A stretch of DNA of 64,000 nt, taken from Klebsormidium nitens (taxonomy: Eukaryota > Plantae > Klebsormidiophyceae). Both the position numbers and the translations under genes were made by a program. Under the pieces are notes generated by a model, which was given only the letters and a program-made list of their open reading frames with translations, was not told the DNA's origin and searched no databases. Each line of letters starts with the position of its first letter. The stretch's first letter is position 1. Below are positions 50,541 through 62,909 of the stretch, piece after piece. The stretch spans positions 315 to 64,314 of the forward strand of contig DF237468.1 of NCBI GenBank assembly GCA_000708835.1, read 5' to 3'.

Positions 50541-51503
50541 TCATTCTGACTCGTTCTGCGCTCGTCTTTGGTTCATATAGTCTTGCTTTTGCTGTTCAAA
50601 GACTTCATCGTTGGTACTGCAATAGACGAATGAGAGCATGTAAGATAGCGAACCTTCTGCTGGACGTTCCTTCTGCTTCTCCAGGCTTTTATGGCAACAA
50701 AATCCAACTCATTCCAAAATCAGCACTTTGGTACAGACATTGTGGGCGGCAAAATTTTAAGGAACACATATATGGTAGAGCTTTAAATAATAGGTACCCC
50801 GCTGAGGGCCTTTCCAGCGCAAAGAGAAGACCTCGCAAACAGAAAGTTATACGGTGGCCTTGCAGGCTTTGCAACAAGCGAATGATTTCAAATGCCTTGC
50901 AGGCAATGCAGAAACAAGCTGGATATGCCAAGTCCAATCTGACCGGGCTTTCAGTTTCAAGATAAGTTGGAGGTTGACGGCCTCACTATTGATGAAGGCA
51001 CTCATTCATCTCCCGGGATTGGGCTTTGCAAGCCCAGACTACGGAGATAGTCCGGCCTCGAGCGCACTCAGCAAATGCTGTTAGAGTGGTTTTACATTCT
51101 TTCAGCGCTCTCGCCTTCATCTTGCTCCGGAGAGCTGCAATCAGTCAAGGACGGGCCTGTTTGACGCAAGGTTGTAGAGTCGACAAACTTCTGCAACAAT
51201 CGACATCTTTGACAAGAGGCGGCCTTCCTTTCTGAGCAACTGTGCTTCAGCGTGATGCCCCTTCTGAGATCCTCAGCGGAGATTCACACGGAACGGATCA
51301 AACATAAGGCCTCCGAAGTTTAGGCGACACCACCACTGGGTCAATGCCACTACAATAACACAAGCCAACACAAGCCAGCTCAACTGCTTTTGCCATCAGT
51401 TTTCAATGCTGCCACCACGAAGTCAAGTAGTCATCGGGCAGCCCCACTTACCTTCTTCTTCCTTTTTCCGCAAAATCTCCTCCCGGGCCCTGCCCAGATC
51501 CAT
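50541..51503 (-). CDS. CMC1: Twin CX9C cytochrome c oxidase biogenesis protein (Cmc1-like), 91 aa, 3 exons
   Basis: Exons 51503-51452, 51134-50987, 50616-50541 give MDLGRAREEILRKKEEEALRSKMKARALKECKTTLTAFAECARGRTISVVWACKAQSREMNECLHQYTNDEVFEQQKQDYMNQRRAQNESE with two exact CX9C motifs. Confidence 0.88.
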
Positions 51504-52001
51504 TGCGTATCAAACGTCAGCAAGGACAAAGTGGGTTTGAGAAGAAACCCTCGCAGGCGTATGTACAGATGAACCACCTGCCCATCACGTCAGTCGCTCA
51601 TCCGCCCTGACCTTGAAAACAAAAGTGGCGGATGTGGGCCGGATCCTCGCACGATCCTCGAAATCTGCTTGTAGTAAAGCTTCCGGAGACACCACCACAT
51701 CAGAACACTTTACCAATTGCAGCTCGTTTTCGCGTGCGATGATTCCACTGGACGTTCGCTTCTTCGTCCGAGCAATCTTTTCTTAAAATGGGAGATCGGC
51801 ATTCCTCGGATTGATTGATGGTCCGGAATGAAGCCAGCTCAAAACGATCGCTTCTTTGAGCAATGGTCGTCAGCAAGGTCGGAAGGGCGCCCGCCGCCTC
51901 TTCTCTTCTACCAGAACCTGCTCAATGCAGAGTCCAGTTTCTGTCTTGCAAGATACAAGCCTGCGAAGGTGACCGTCGCCGCCTCAGACTCAGAGTCAGA
52001 G

Positions 52002-52019
52002 CACACACACACACACACA
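52002..52019. repeat. (CA)9 microsatellite
   Basis: Read directly from the sequence. Confidence 0.9.
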
Positions 52020-52572
52020 GAGTGAGTGAGGCGTCCGACGGCGTCAGGCTCTGCACGTGAGACTGCGCGGCGTCGGACCCGGCCGCGGGCACAGCCTGCC
52101 CACTAGGCATGTTGCAGACGGATTGGACCCAACCTAGTTTCCTCCGGCTGACGATCCAACTCAGTGACTTGAAAACACACTGGATCAGTCACTCTAGAAT
52201 CAGTTCCGCGCTTCTGCCTCCTTCTCCATGAAAGCAGGGCGTATTCTGCTTTTTAGGCGCGGTTGCACGTACTGTTGTGGTGCGCAACTGAAGCTTACGT
52301 CACACCTGCTAAACGACCGTGTGCTTCGGAAGGGGCGCAAATTCTTGTCACAGCTGGGGGGACGCAAGGAGAGAGCTGAAACCGCGGAAGGAGCTCTGCG
52401 CAGCGCAGACAAGCCGAAGAAGGGGGGCAAAACAGGGACGGTGTGCCATCGGTTTGTTGGAGGACAATTTGCAGACGCGGTCTGTCCGTGAACAGGCGGT
52501 GCACTGACTGCGATTGTCGGGTTTACCCAATTAAGGACAGGTCTGGTGCTAGTAGGCGGCCGTGCAGGCAAC

Positions 52573-55500
52573 ATGGGGATCAATTATGCAGCTTCTCTGC
52601 TGGTGCTCCTGCTGCTAGTGGGTCAATCAAGCGCGTTCTACCTGCCGGGAGTGGCTCCTCAAGATTTTGACAAGGTACAAGCCCCTAGCAACCTGTTTCT
52701 TGAATCTTCAAGAACTAGAGCTTGCAGTTCTTGACAACCCCTGTCTGCTCAATGAAGGCAAGACCCCTTGATCCTGTCTTGATCAAAATGGGTTGTGTAG
52801 CGGGGTTGGGTGTGATGCTGGATCTGATCTTGTTGGGCGCTGACTTATCATGCTGTTTTACCTGCAGGATGATGAGGTGACATTGAAAGTTAACAAGCTG
52901 ACGTCCACAAAGACCCAGCTTCCCTATGAGTATTACTCCCTCCCATTCTGCAAGCCAGACCGCATCATAAACATGGCTGAGAACCTCGGAGAGGTGCTCA
53001 GAGGTGACCGGATTGAGAACTCCCCTTACAAGGTAAGCCCTCTGCTGGAGAATCAGTGTTCATGTTTGCTGCACAGACTACTTAAACAACGCAGAGGATG
53101 ACTGGATCTGGTGTTTGCATTGCTTTGAGCATCAAACGAGGTACCATATCATTCCGTTTTACCCTTTGGCAGCTCGTCGGTTGATTGCGCAGCACAAGCT
53201 AGGTGTCCAGCAATTTATGAAATAAAACCTACTGATGCCCTAAGTGAACCAACTGCTATCTTTGTGGTGTTCAGTTCTACATCCGGAGGGACGAGCAGTG
53301 CAATGTGATCTGCAAGATTGACAAGCTGCCCAAGCATGATGCAGCAATCTTCAAGGACAAGATTGAGGACGAATACAGGGTCAACATGTAAGTGTGTGCC
53401 TCTTTCTAACTCCGTCGTCAGCAGTCACTCTTCTGGAATGCTTGACGTCTGGATTGAGCTGCTGCAGTCTGCCAATGTCCACTGTCTCACAATTCGAGAA
53501 GAAACTCCTCTGACAGTCCAATCAGCTGGCCTGTGGAGTCACATTGAATCTCATTGTGCAGGATTCTGGACAATCTTCCAGTGGCTATGGTAAAGGTCCG
53601 CACAGAGAACGGGAACAGCTTCAAAACATACGAAAGGGGTTATCCTGTTGGGTTCAAAGCTGCCATTGAGGTGAGCTGCGCACCCTTGGTTTCATTGATC
53701 TCGCTCATCAAGAGCTGCTCATTGACCAACCCTTGATCAGAGAGGCGCCACCATCTTGAGATCTAGGATATTAGCAATGCAACTTGAGGCAGCCTGATTG
53801 CGTGCATAATGCACATCTGACGCCAGACACCGCCTTGTTGTGAAGCTTATTCTGGCTGATGGTGATGAAGCTTATTTAACCTATGGGTCACATTTCTGAA
53901 CAATGCTGATGCTGTAAGGAGTGGTCGGGGTTGAGCAGCTGAATGCCGGATCGCAGAGCACAGAGTCAGGTCTGATGTGGCTGTCGATGCCCTTCCTGAA
54001 AATTCTGGGAAAATGTCTGGCGCAGCATGATGCAGCAAAAGTTCGATCAGAGCCACATTGAGTTTGTGCAATATACTGGGTGTGCTGTCTGGCATCCGCC
54101 GTTGTACGTATGCTGCTTTAGGCTTTGTTTTGGCCCCGGTCTTTCACGTATATGGCAGATTGCAAAACTGTCTTTGTGCTACTTTGCAGGAGGGTGGCGA
54201 GGAGAAGTATTTCATCCACAACCATCTCCGCTTCACTGTGCTGTTCCACAAGGATTATGACAGCAACCTGGCCCGCCTTGTTGGCTTTGAGGTTGAGCCT
54301 TTCAGGTGATTTTGACCTTCCTAGATATGCATCAGCCAGAGGTTTGCGACACTAAAAAAATGTGGAGTCTGTAGCATGCTTTCCAGCTTGCGGCGCTAGG
54401 GCTGGATGGCGGTGGGAGAGTGACGTCTTTAGTAACGAAAGGGCCCTGAAGCAGTAGTGACGCCAACGCCCATTTTGCGCACCTCGAGCGTGAACTTTTA
54501 TGGAAACGTAGGTGGCCTGAGAAATGTTGCTGCTCAAACGCGGTTCACTATCAAATGCATTGCATCTGCGCTCAGAGACGCCTTTGCAGGTTCAGGCGAT
54601 TGGTCAACTCTGCCTCATGCAGATCTGCGAGCGACCAATCAGCCTTGGGACTAAGCAACTGAACCACCTGCCTGCAGTGTGAAGCATGAGTACGAGGCTC
54701 CATGGGACGCCCTGAAGCCCCACCTCCAGACCTGCAACCCCGGCAGCATGACATATGTCACCCACGGGCTCAGCCCGCAGATCGTGGAGGAGGACGAGGA
54801 GATTATCTTCAGTTACGATGTCATCTACAAGGTGCGTTTGAAGCCCTTTTCACAGCGAGGATCAAAGCTGTGCACGCAGTGTAGGTCAAGACGTGTGGTG
54901 CCGCCTGGATGGGGTGTCTGGGACTTTTGGTGTTTTCATGCTTCTGTCCAGCTCGTAGATTACGGCAGGGAAAGAAGGAGCTTAATTGAACCTGGCGGCC
55001 AGCCAAGAGACTTGCACCCTTGGAGTGCCCCCAAGAGCCCTTATTTGACTCCCATTTCCTATCTTGGCGTCTACTTGGCTGCCTGCTAGGTATTCTGCTA
55101 CTGTGGAGTGCCCCCAACAGCTATTTTTTGAAACTATTTGGTCTGGGATCTCAACCTGGAGATTAGAATCCTTTGCGAGTCTGCAATGAACAGAGCACCG
55201 GTGGAAGAACAGGTAATGCAGCAGTTATCAGGCCTACTACTGAAGCTGGTTGTCTCTGCCTGGCTGCAGATCAGCGACATCAAGTGGGCCTCCCGCTGGG
55301 ATACATACCTGCTGATGACCGACGACCAGATCCACTGGTTCTCCATCATCAACTCGCTCATGATCGTGCTCTTCCTCTCGGGCATGGTCGCCATGATCAT
55401 GATGCGCACTCTTCACCGGGACATCTCCAAGTACAACCAGCTCGAGTCCCAGGACGAGGCTCAGGTCAGCCCTTTCGCCAAACTGCTGAAAGTTTCTGCG

Positions 55501-57118
55501 ATTCTTCATGTCCTCTCTGCGAAGTCGTTCTTCAGATCTCATCGCTTCAGAGAGGTCACTTGTCTTTGCCTTTGGTGTTCGTTCTTCAGATCTCATCGCT
55601 TCAGAGAGGTCACTTGTCTTTGCCTTTGGTGTTCGTTTGAGATATGGATTTTGTGACATTGGCTGCTATGCAGAGGCATTACTTTACGCGATCCCCCTCG
55701 CTCTTGAGGAGTGTGTGAGTCCTTCGAAGTTCACTAGCTATGCAGGCAGTGGCAACACTTCAAGGATTCTGTCACCGATCTTGTCCGGACCAGTTCTTGG
55801 TTTCGGACAAGCAGAAAACTTGTGAGGCGACGGTGTCGGAGGAAGCATCAGAGGGATAGTGCCTGACGTCTTACCTGTCCTTTCGTCTCGTCTGAGTGGA
55901 TGCTGGAAGTTTCCAGTGAGAATCCAAATTTCCAGCTCTGAAGCCAGTAGCACACGTTTTTCTTGTGCAATAGCCCCAAACAACAGGAGAAGAACAAGAG
56001 TATCTGCTGTTAATCCTACTGCACCTTCTCACAGCGGAGTAGATAGCAGGAGCGCTCTGTTCGCCCTCTCAGTCTGAAGTTTCCGCTTATCTAGCGGTCT
56101 TGTTCTCTTTGGCTCCTCGTCTGCAACTCACGCAACCACTCCCATCCCCCTGCAGGAGGAGACCGGCTGGAAGCTGGTGCACGGTGACGTCTTCCGGCCC
56201 CCCAACAACGCGGGCCTGCTCTGCGTCTACGTCGGCACGGGTGTGCAGTTCTTCGGCATGACGCTCATCACCATGGTCTTTGCGGTGCTGGGCTTCCTCT
56301 CCCCCGCCAACCGCGGCGGCCTCATGACGGCCATGCTCCTGCTCTGGGTCTTCATGGGCCTACTCGCCGGCTACTCCGGCGCGCGCCTCTACAAGGTCTT
56401 CAAGGGCACCGAGTGGAAGAAGATCACGCTCCAGACCGCGTTCCTCTTCCCGGGCATCGTCTTCGGCACGTTCTTCGTCCTCAACTGCCTCATCTGGGGG
56501 GAGAAGTCGTCGGGCGCGATCCCCTTTGGCACCATGTTCGCGCTCGTCTTCCTCTGGTTCGGCATCTCCGTGCCGCTTGTGTTCATCGGGAGCTACTTCG
56601 GGTTCAAGAAGCCTGCGCCCGAGGACCCCGTGCGCACCAACAAGATCCCGCGCCAGATCCCGGAGCAGGCCTGGTACATGCGGCCCGTGTTCTCGGTGCT
56701 CATCGGGGGCATCCTGCCGTTCGGCGCCGTCTTCATCGAGCTGTTCTTCATCCTGACGTCCATCTGGCTGCACCAGTTCTACTACATCTTCGGGTTCCTC
56801 TTCATCGTGTTCCTCATCCTCATCGTGACGTGCGCGGAGATCACGATCGTGCTGTGCTACTTCCAGCTCTGCAGCGAGGACTACCACTGGTGGTGGAGAG
56901 CGTACATGACCAGCGGCTCCAGTGCGCTGTACCTGTTCCTGTACGCGACTTTCTACTTCTTCACCAAGCTGGAGATCACAAAGCTGGTGTCGGGCGTGCT
57001 GTACTTCGGGTACATGACCATGATTTCGTACTCCTTCTTCGTGCTCACGGGCACCATTGGGTTCTACGCCTGCTACTGGTTCGTCCGGATCATCTACGGG
57101 TCGGTGAAGATAGATTAA
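52573..57118 (+). CDS. Transmembrane 9 superfamily (TM9SF/EMP70) protein
   Basis: Signal peptide then [60 protein letters not shown], a multi-TM final exon and C-terminal IYGSVKID*. Confidence 0.96.
55525..55637 (+). repeat. Perfect 54-bp tandem duplication in a TM9SF intron
   Basis: TCGTTCTTCAGATCTCATCGCTTCAGAGAGGTCACTTGTCTTTGCCTTTGGTGT occurs at 55525 and 55579. Confidence 0.95.
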
Positions 57119-58685
57119 GCGGCCCTTCTTCTGTAAAGGTTTAAGTGTGACGGTGTGGAAGGGACGGAAGTCAGCAATTCAATGAAGACCGAGCAGCTCT
57201 CTGAGCTGGGGCAGTCTCCCGCTAGGAACCTCTCTGACCTTCGTTGGATACTAGTAGCTCTTTCCAAATACTGTTGGGTTTATCCAAGCGGGATTGTAGA
57301 TGTAAGCTGCTGTTGTGGCTAGATCTGCACTACTGCACCCTTCTGGTCATTGCCTCGACTTGCAATCAACGACAAACCTCTTTTAGAACCCTCACGAGTG
57401 TTGGGACAAACTTACACCTGATTTACTTTGACTGCGCCAAGATTTGTACACATCCTGTGGCCGACTATGTGCATTGAGCGGTGCAGCCAGGCTGCAGACT
57501 TAAGCTGCAAAAAGGCAGCTTGCAAGGCCGCCAGAGACTGCAAATATTGCAAGCGCGGATTGCTTGAACGTCTGGCACCTCCAAAATGTCGAATCCGGAT
57601 GCTGCACTAACCACCATCGATGATTCAAGATTTTGGGCTCGCTCTGCATCATGGCCGCCACATATGGCTGCAAATGGCAGCATGCAGGCGCATCTGATCA
57701 TCCATATTTGAAAGGCCGACTGAATGTTGCCGCCTTATAAGCATGAGACTGTTCAAATGAGAGCCAGTGCAACGTGCACGCCCGCATTTGTAATATATTC
57801 ATTGTGGGCGCCCCTCGCGTCACGGTGCATGCCCTTGCAGTGCGCACGTACCGCACATGGTGACCACTTGCGAAAAGACATGGCCGACGGGCCTGGCGGC
57901 CGTTGGGCGGCACACATGCCGCATGGCTGCTGGCAGATCAGCTGCAGGCGCCTCCACGTGATAAGCAATTCGCCATGCTGATTTGGGGCCGCCCATGCCC
58001 ATTGCATTTGACGATCATTGTATGCGCTACTATTATAGACCATTATTCAACATGATGCCTTAAAAAATTCCACTCATCACTGCTAGGGGGGCTGTACAAC
58101 GCGTACACATGCGGTCTATCTCGATCTTTCATTACGACTTGAGTAGTACAGGTCACCTAGCTACGTGTGGGCCATGTGCCGCTCGTTGAACATGGCATGA
58201 TACTTGATTAGTGCGTCTTAAATCGCTGTCATGGATCGAAGAGAGTGCTAAGTTCGACGCAAGTATTGATAACCGAACTCAGACGGGCAATTGTTGGATT
58301 GCAGGAGTTCCGTATGCCATGATGGAGTGATCTGCACTACTGCTTTTCCTTTGCAGTAAAGCAGGATCATTGATGCAAAAGTTGTCAAATACGTTGAAGT
58401 TCTTCTTGACGTACAAGCAGTCTGCAACAGTGAGATGCCATGCCAGAAAGTGACCAAAAGGGCGTTGTTATGTATCAGGACATCCCCCAGTAAGGAAAGC
58501 GCCATACAAAAGGGACTTGTCTTCAGCTTTACACGACCTCAGATTGTCGAATATTTGAGAGTTCGTAAATGACTTCTGCTCTTTGAAGGCAATCAGCTGT
58601 AGCTTTGCAGTCAACCTCGTAAACTTGATTCGAAAGGACCTTGGTGTAAAATCTCAGCATGGAAAGGTAACAATGAACAACTCCC

Positions 58686-59259
58686 TCATTCCTCATCAGC
58701 TTTTGGGATGTTTTTACTCCACATCTGCGAGGGGATCCAGCCTTTTGGAGCGACCGCCCTTTGCTGTTGAGATAGGAGCGTGGGGAACATATGAGCAAGT
58801 GAACTAGCGACAGAAATCTGCATGCACTTGCTGTCCACAGAAAGACTCGAGAGTCTGGTCAGCTTGACACGAAACATCTTGAAGCCTCATGTACGACCCA
58901 CACGTTGCAAATCAAGCGAAAGACAGTTTGCCTCGGCACCCCCGACAGTTGGCCCCGTGTTCGATCTGTGAGCGGTCCACCAGTTCTCTGTCAAGGAGTA
59001 CGGACAACCTTACATCCAGGACGTCAGTTGAGAACCACGCTTATCAAAAGCCGCCGACCACTCACATGAAAACTCCGACTCTTTGACTCACCTCAATAGA
59101 CACAGACTTCATCGCGATTGGAATACAGACGAGAGCGATCCCTGTGAGCGCGAGCGCCGTGTTCCGCCGCCAGTGCTTCGGGTCGCACCACCAGCCTCCG
59201 GTGGGAGTCCAGACCTCCTTGGGGTAGTAGAAGTCACCATGACCACCGCCCCCCCCCAT
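58686..59259 (-). CDS. Small mitochondrial complex I accessory subunit (NUUM / plant At4g00585-like), 2 coding exons
   Basis: MGGGGGHGDFYYPKEVWTPTGGWWCDPKHWRRNTALALTGIALVCIPIAMKSVSIE (59259-59092) spliced to QRAVAPKGWIPSQMWSKNIPKADEE* (58763-58686). The W..TGG...PKHWRRNT and IPSQ.W.KN motifs are recalled from this family. Confidence 0.75.
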
Positions 59260-61050
59260 GGTTCACCTGCGAGCGTTGCCAAGTAGTGAGCTTGGCAGGA
59301 ATGCAAACTGACAGGCTCCATTCAACCATTTCATGGAGGCCTGGTTAGGGGCCTGTTCAACACCTCTTGTGAACTGTACAACATCCTTGAAAGGCTTCCC
59401 ATGTTGGCCGCAATTGCGCATTCTTTCAACAGCAGGTCACTTTGCTTCTAGCTTCAGTCTAAGCCCCCTCTTTTTGGCAACGTCTGCGAGAAACCTGAAC
59501 GACCGGGTCAACATTTTGGGCAGCGAGCTAATCAGAATCTACTGCAAAACTTGCGATGCATCTGCCACCAGCAAAGTTGGAATACCCTAAGAGGACCCTA
59601 AGAAGAGGCACAAAAACTTGTCTAATGTATGCAGATTCCCAACGAAGACTCTCATCACAGCATTCATTCAATGCTTCAGACGAAGCACTGCGCTTGTGAA
59701 AAAAAATCAATCCTGATTCGCTACATCGTTCAATCATTTTCCCTCAGTGCTCATGAGCTTCACTAAGCTTTCAAGGGCCATCGTCTTGACCTTCCTGGAG
59801 TCCAAGCAAAAGCAGGGCAGCAGGTTCCAAGCAGCCCGGCTGACACTTGCAGGCCATGTACTGTTTGGAGATCTTGCAGAAGCAGTGACCTCACCTTTAT
59901 GAGGAGACACCGCGCAGTGTCCCGCCGTCAATCAAGATCCTACTCCGCTGGCCACTCGAGATTGCACACGCGCCAAAATCACAAGGAAGTCAGACACACC
60001 TTTTGGTTAAGCTTACGATCAACAGATGGGTAAATGACTCCTCTTTTCTGATAAAAACACAGCCAGCTGGGCGCTCTGGCTACAGTAGCGAAGGGCTCTA
60101 GAGCTACAGCGCTGCGTCCTGGGACTCCTGGCCCCTCGACTCAGTCCCCCCTGCAGAGAACTAGGCGCAGCGAGCACGCTTTTGTGAGATGTTCGGCGCG
60201 ATACAACAGTATGTTCTCTTCTCATAAGCCCGTACCCATCAAAGGCATGGGGCTGCTACGACACTGTAACCTGTCGTAGGGAGCACTGGGGTGCTCGGGG
60301 GACCACATGCAAGATGACACTATGGAAATCTGGAGCCTGCGCCAAGCAGCGCGACCCCGGTAGCAGAGACGCTGGCCTCTCGCTCCGGGACACTGGGCAA
60401 GACTCGGTGTCAACTTGCGATGTAGAATGATGGCCATCCAGGGCCCAGGCCATTGGCTTGACCGCAAAATCTGTTGACCATGTTCGTAGGCTGGCGTTCA
60501 GAATCAGTAACCGTAGACCCAATTCTAGTATGAAAAGACTGATTCTCTTAAGAATGCTCGGGCAACGGTATGGACAGAGAGCAGCGAAATTTTGGACCTT
60601 AGAATCACGGGAATTATTCTACATAAGGAGGCTCCATGGCGGTCGGGAGAGGGTGCCCGGGGGACAGCCTAGGAGTGGCGTTTTCAACCATCGATTATTG
60701 CCATTAGGAATCGACGGGTCACTGGAACCACTGGGATAATCGGACGCTTTCAGGCGATCGCATCTTTCGATCCGAGTGGCCGAAGGCCGTCGATAATGAT
60801 ACGACCTCGCGAAGGTTGCTTGGAGCAGCCAAACGCTATGTACCGAGAATCACGAGAGGGGCGGCCGCTAGGGGCTTGAATGAGTGTCGTAGCGAATCAT
60901 CAATAGCGTAATCCGTCACATGTGGTATGTCTCTATGCCAGTGGAGCAAGGGAAGATCTGAAGATTGACGGTTTCGATCATCATGATTTGGAACTCGATG
61001 CATTATAGCAGAATGGAACGAAATTGTGAACGTCCAGGAGTGAGAGAAGC

Positions 61051-61082
61051 GGGGGGGTTCGGGGGGGCGGCAGTCCCCCCGA
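61051..61082. repeat. GC-rich hairpin (TCGGGGGG / CCCCCCGA) preceded by a G-tract; possible mobile-element subterminal motif
   Basis: GGGGGGGTTCGGGGGGGCGGCAGTCCCCCCGA read directly; 8-bp stem. Confidence 0.55.
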
Positions 61083-61296
61083 GTTTACGAATTGAAGAAT
61101 AGGCATTAATGCATATTAAAATTAGGATTGGCAAAAAAAATAGCTAACTCTAGGCCTGTGTGCGGCACATGTTGTTGCATATGCATATGGACGCCGTCAA
61201 AATTATCGAGTTGCCAACAGGGTTTTCAAGAGTTCCAAATGCTATTACGGATAAGCTTCCAGAGCTACGGCTAGTTTTCCATCCCTGTTATAAATC

Positions 61297-62872
61297 CTAG
61301 GCACTACCAAAGTGGCGGCTAGTGGCCTGAAGCCCTTCCAATGCGGACGATACAGTGTCGTTGAAGAGGGCCGTCATTGACTCATCGAGAGCTCTCTTCG
61401 ATTCCTCTGCCGCCTCCCGGGCAAACCTGTTGCCTTGCTCCGCTTGTATCTCCTCTTGGGGCCTCCAGTCCCCAATCTCGATGCAAGCGTCAGCTAGTTT
61501 GCGCGCGACATGCTCACTGTCTGCGACTCGCAGGAAGCCGGCCCGTTTGCCGGGGTTGTCTGGGAAAATGGCCTTGAAAGTGCGGATGGTTTCCCCCGAT
61601 TTTGGCTTGATAACGAAGTACTTGTCGGGCGCCTCGAGTGCAACATCAGGGAAGCCCACGCCGCGAAGCACCGCCTTTAACGGTTTTAGGAAGGCCTTCC
61701 TTCAGAAGCAGGCGCCCACTAGACTTCTCAACCGAGGCCCGAATTGCCACTGACAGAGTGTCATCCGCCTTCTTGCTGGGGCCTGTCGCTGCTTGCGGTC
61801 GCGGGGCCTGACTAGAGGAGGCCGCCCGGGGAGCAAGAGGGGTCGAGGCCGGCTCGCTTACAGTGGGGATGGAGACGCCGAAGGAAGGGTTAGGAGGAGA
61901 GGCGGCCGGGTTTCCTTGGGGCCCGGGGTTAGACTGAGGCAGGAACTGGGGGTTCCAAGGGCTAGCGAACGGCGGCTGCATGAAAGGCTGTTGAACCACG
62001 TTGTGGGGCTGAGAGACAGGGAGGCTGGCTAGCATGCTGCGAAGAGTGTCGGTTTTGTGGTCCAGGTTCGTCCCCGTCACTTTCAACCCTTCCACCGCGC
62101 CCTTGACATCCATGAGGATGTTTCTGGCTTTGCGCAACGAGTCTGAGTCAGCCCGTGTCTTGCAGAGAACCTCCAGACTGTTAAGAGTCCCCTCGATTAC
62201 GCTAAGTCGTCCGATCTCCGCCCAATTGTCGTACACAGGGGGCTGTGCTGCGACAGACGATGAGGGGGTTTCAAGGGGCCCGTTGAACTTCAACTTCTGT
62301 AAGGCCTCCTCGATGAGCGTGCGTGCGCTTGCGGTGTAGATTTCTGCGAGGGCGCCTTTCAACGTGGCGTTCGACTCCGTGATTCCAAGGGCTGCCCAAA
62401 ACTCTTCCCGCACCATTGCCCTCAGCTTCGTTTCGGTTTCTGCCATTAGGAACCCGTTCTCTTCTCGCACAATGCCCCTTACTCCTTCGCTATTAAGCAC
62501 CGCGCGCTTGGGTTTCTTTTCGGGGGGTCCGTCTGGTTTCTGGACGGTTTTCTCCAACCCATCGAGGTCCCGACTCCTCTTGCCTGCATCCTCCTCCTCC
62601 CCAGAGACACCAAGGGCTGGCGTCTCGTCCGGGTTTTCAGGCTGGTTTTCGCCCTTCAGCAGCGCAGAGAGCTCTGAGCCGATGGGTGCGGGGGGCGTGT
62701 CCTTAAGCGCCTGGCTGTTTTCGGGTTCCCCTTGAGCTCCGGCTGGCGGGTCCTCAGCTCGGCTGGCCATCTTTGCAGGGTCCGGGGCTGGGCGGTTCCG
62801 GGCTGACCGTTGCTTTTTGTGACTGTTGCTGCTGCCACCTCCCCGCAGTTTGTTGCGAACGCTGCGGCCCAT
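61297..62872 (-). mobile_element. Intronless unknown ORF (408 aa plus a +1-shifted continuation of about 135 codons), possibly ORF1/gag-like
   Basis: ATG at 62872. Basic disordered N-terminus, helical middle, Pro/Ser-rich linker. The second frame opens right after a TGA near 61705 and overlaps the first. It abuts the LINE RT remnant. Family not recognised. Confidence 0.5.
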
Positions 62873-62909
62873 AAAAGAATCTGTGTCCAGAAAAACTCAT
62901 GTTAGCGAC

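Noticed and set aside
56360-57144. Long alternative-frame and antisense ORFs over the TM9SF last exon
   Set aside because: Expected from very GC-rich third positions suppressing stops; no independent evidence.
57400-58250. TGCA/CATG/GGCC-rich stretch between convergent genes
   Set aside because: Could not define a repeat unit, long stem or coding frame by eye.
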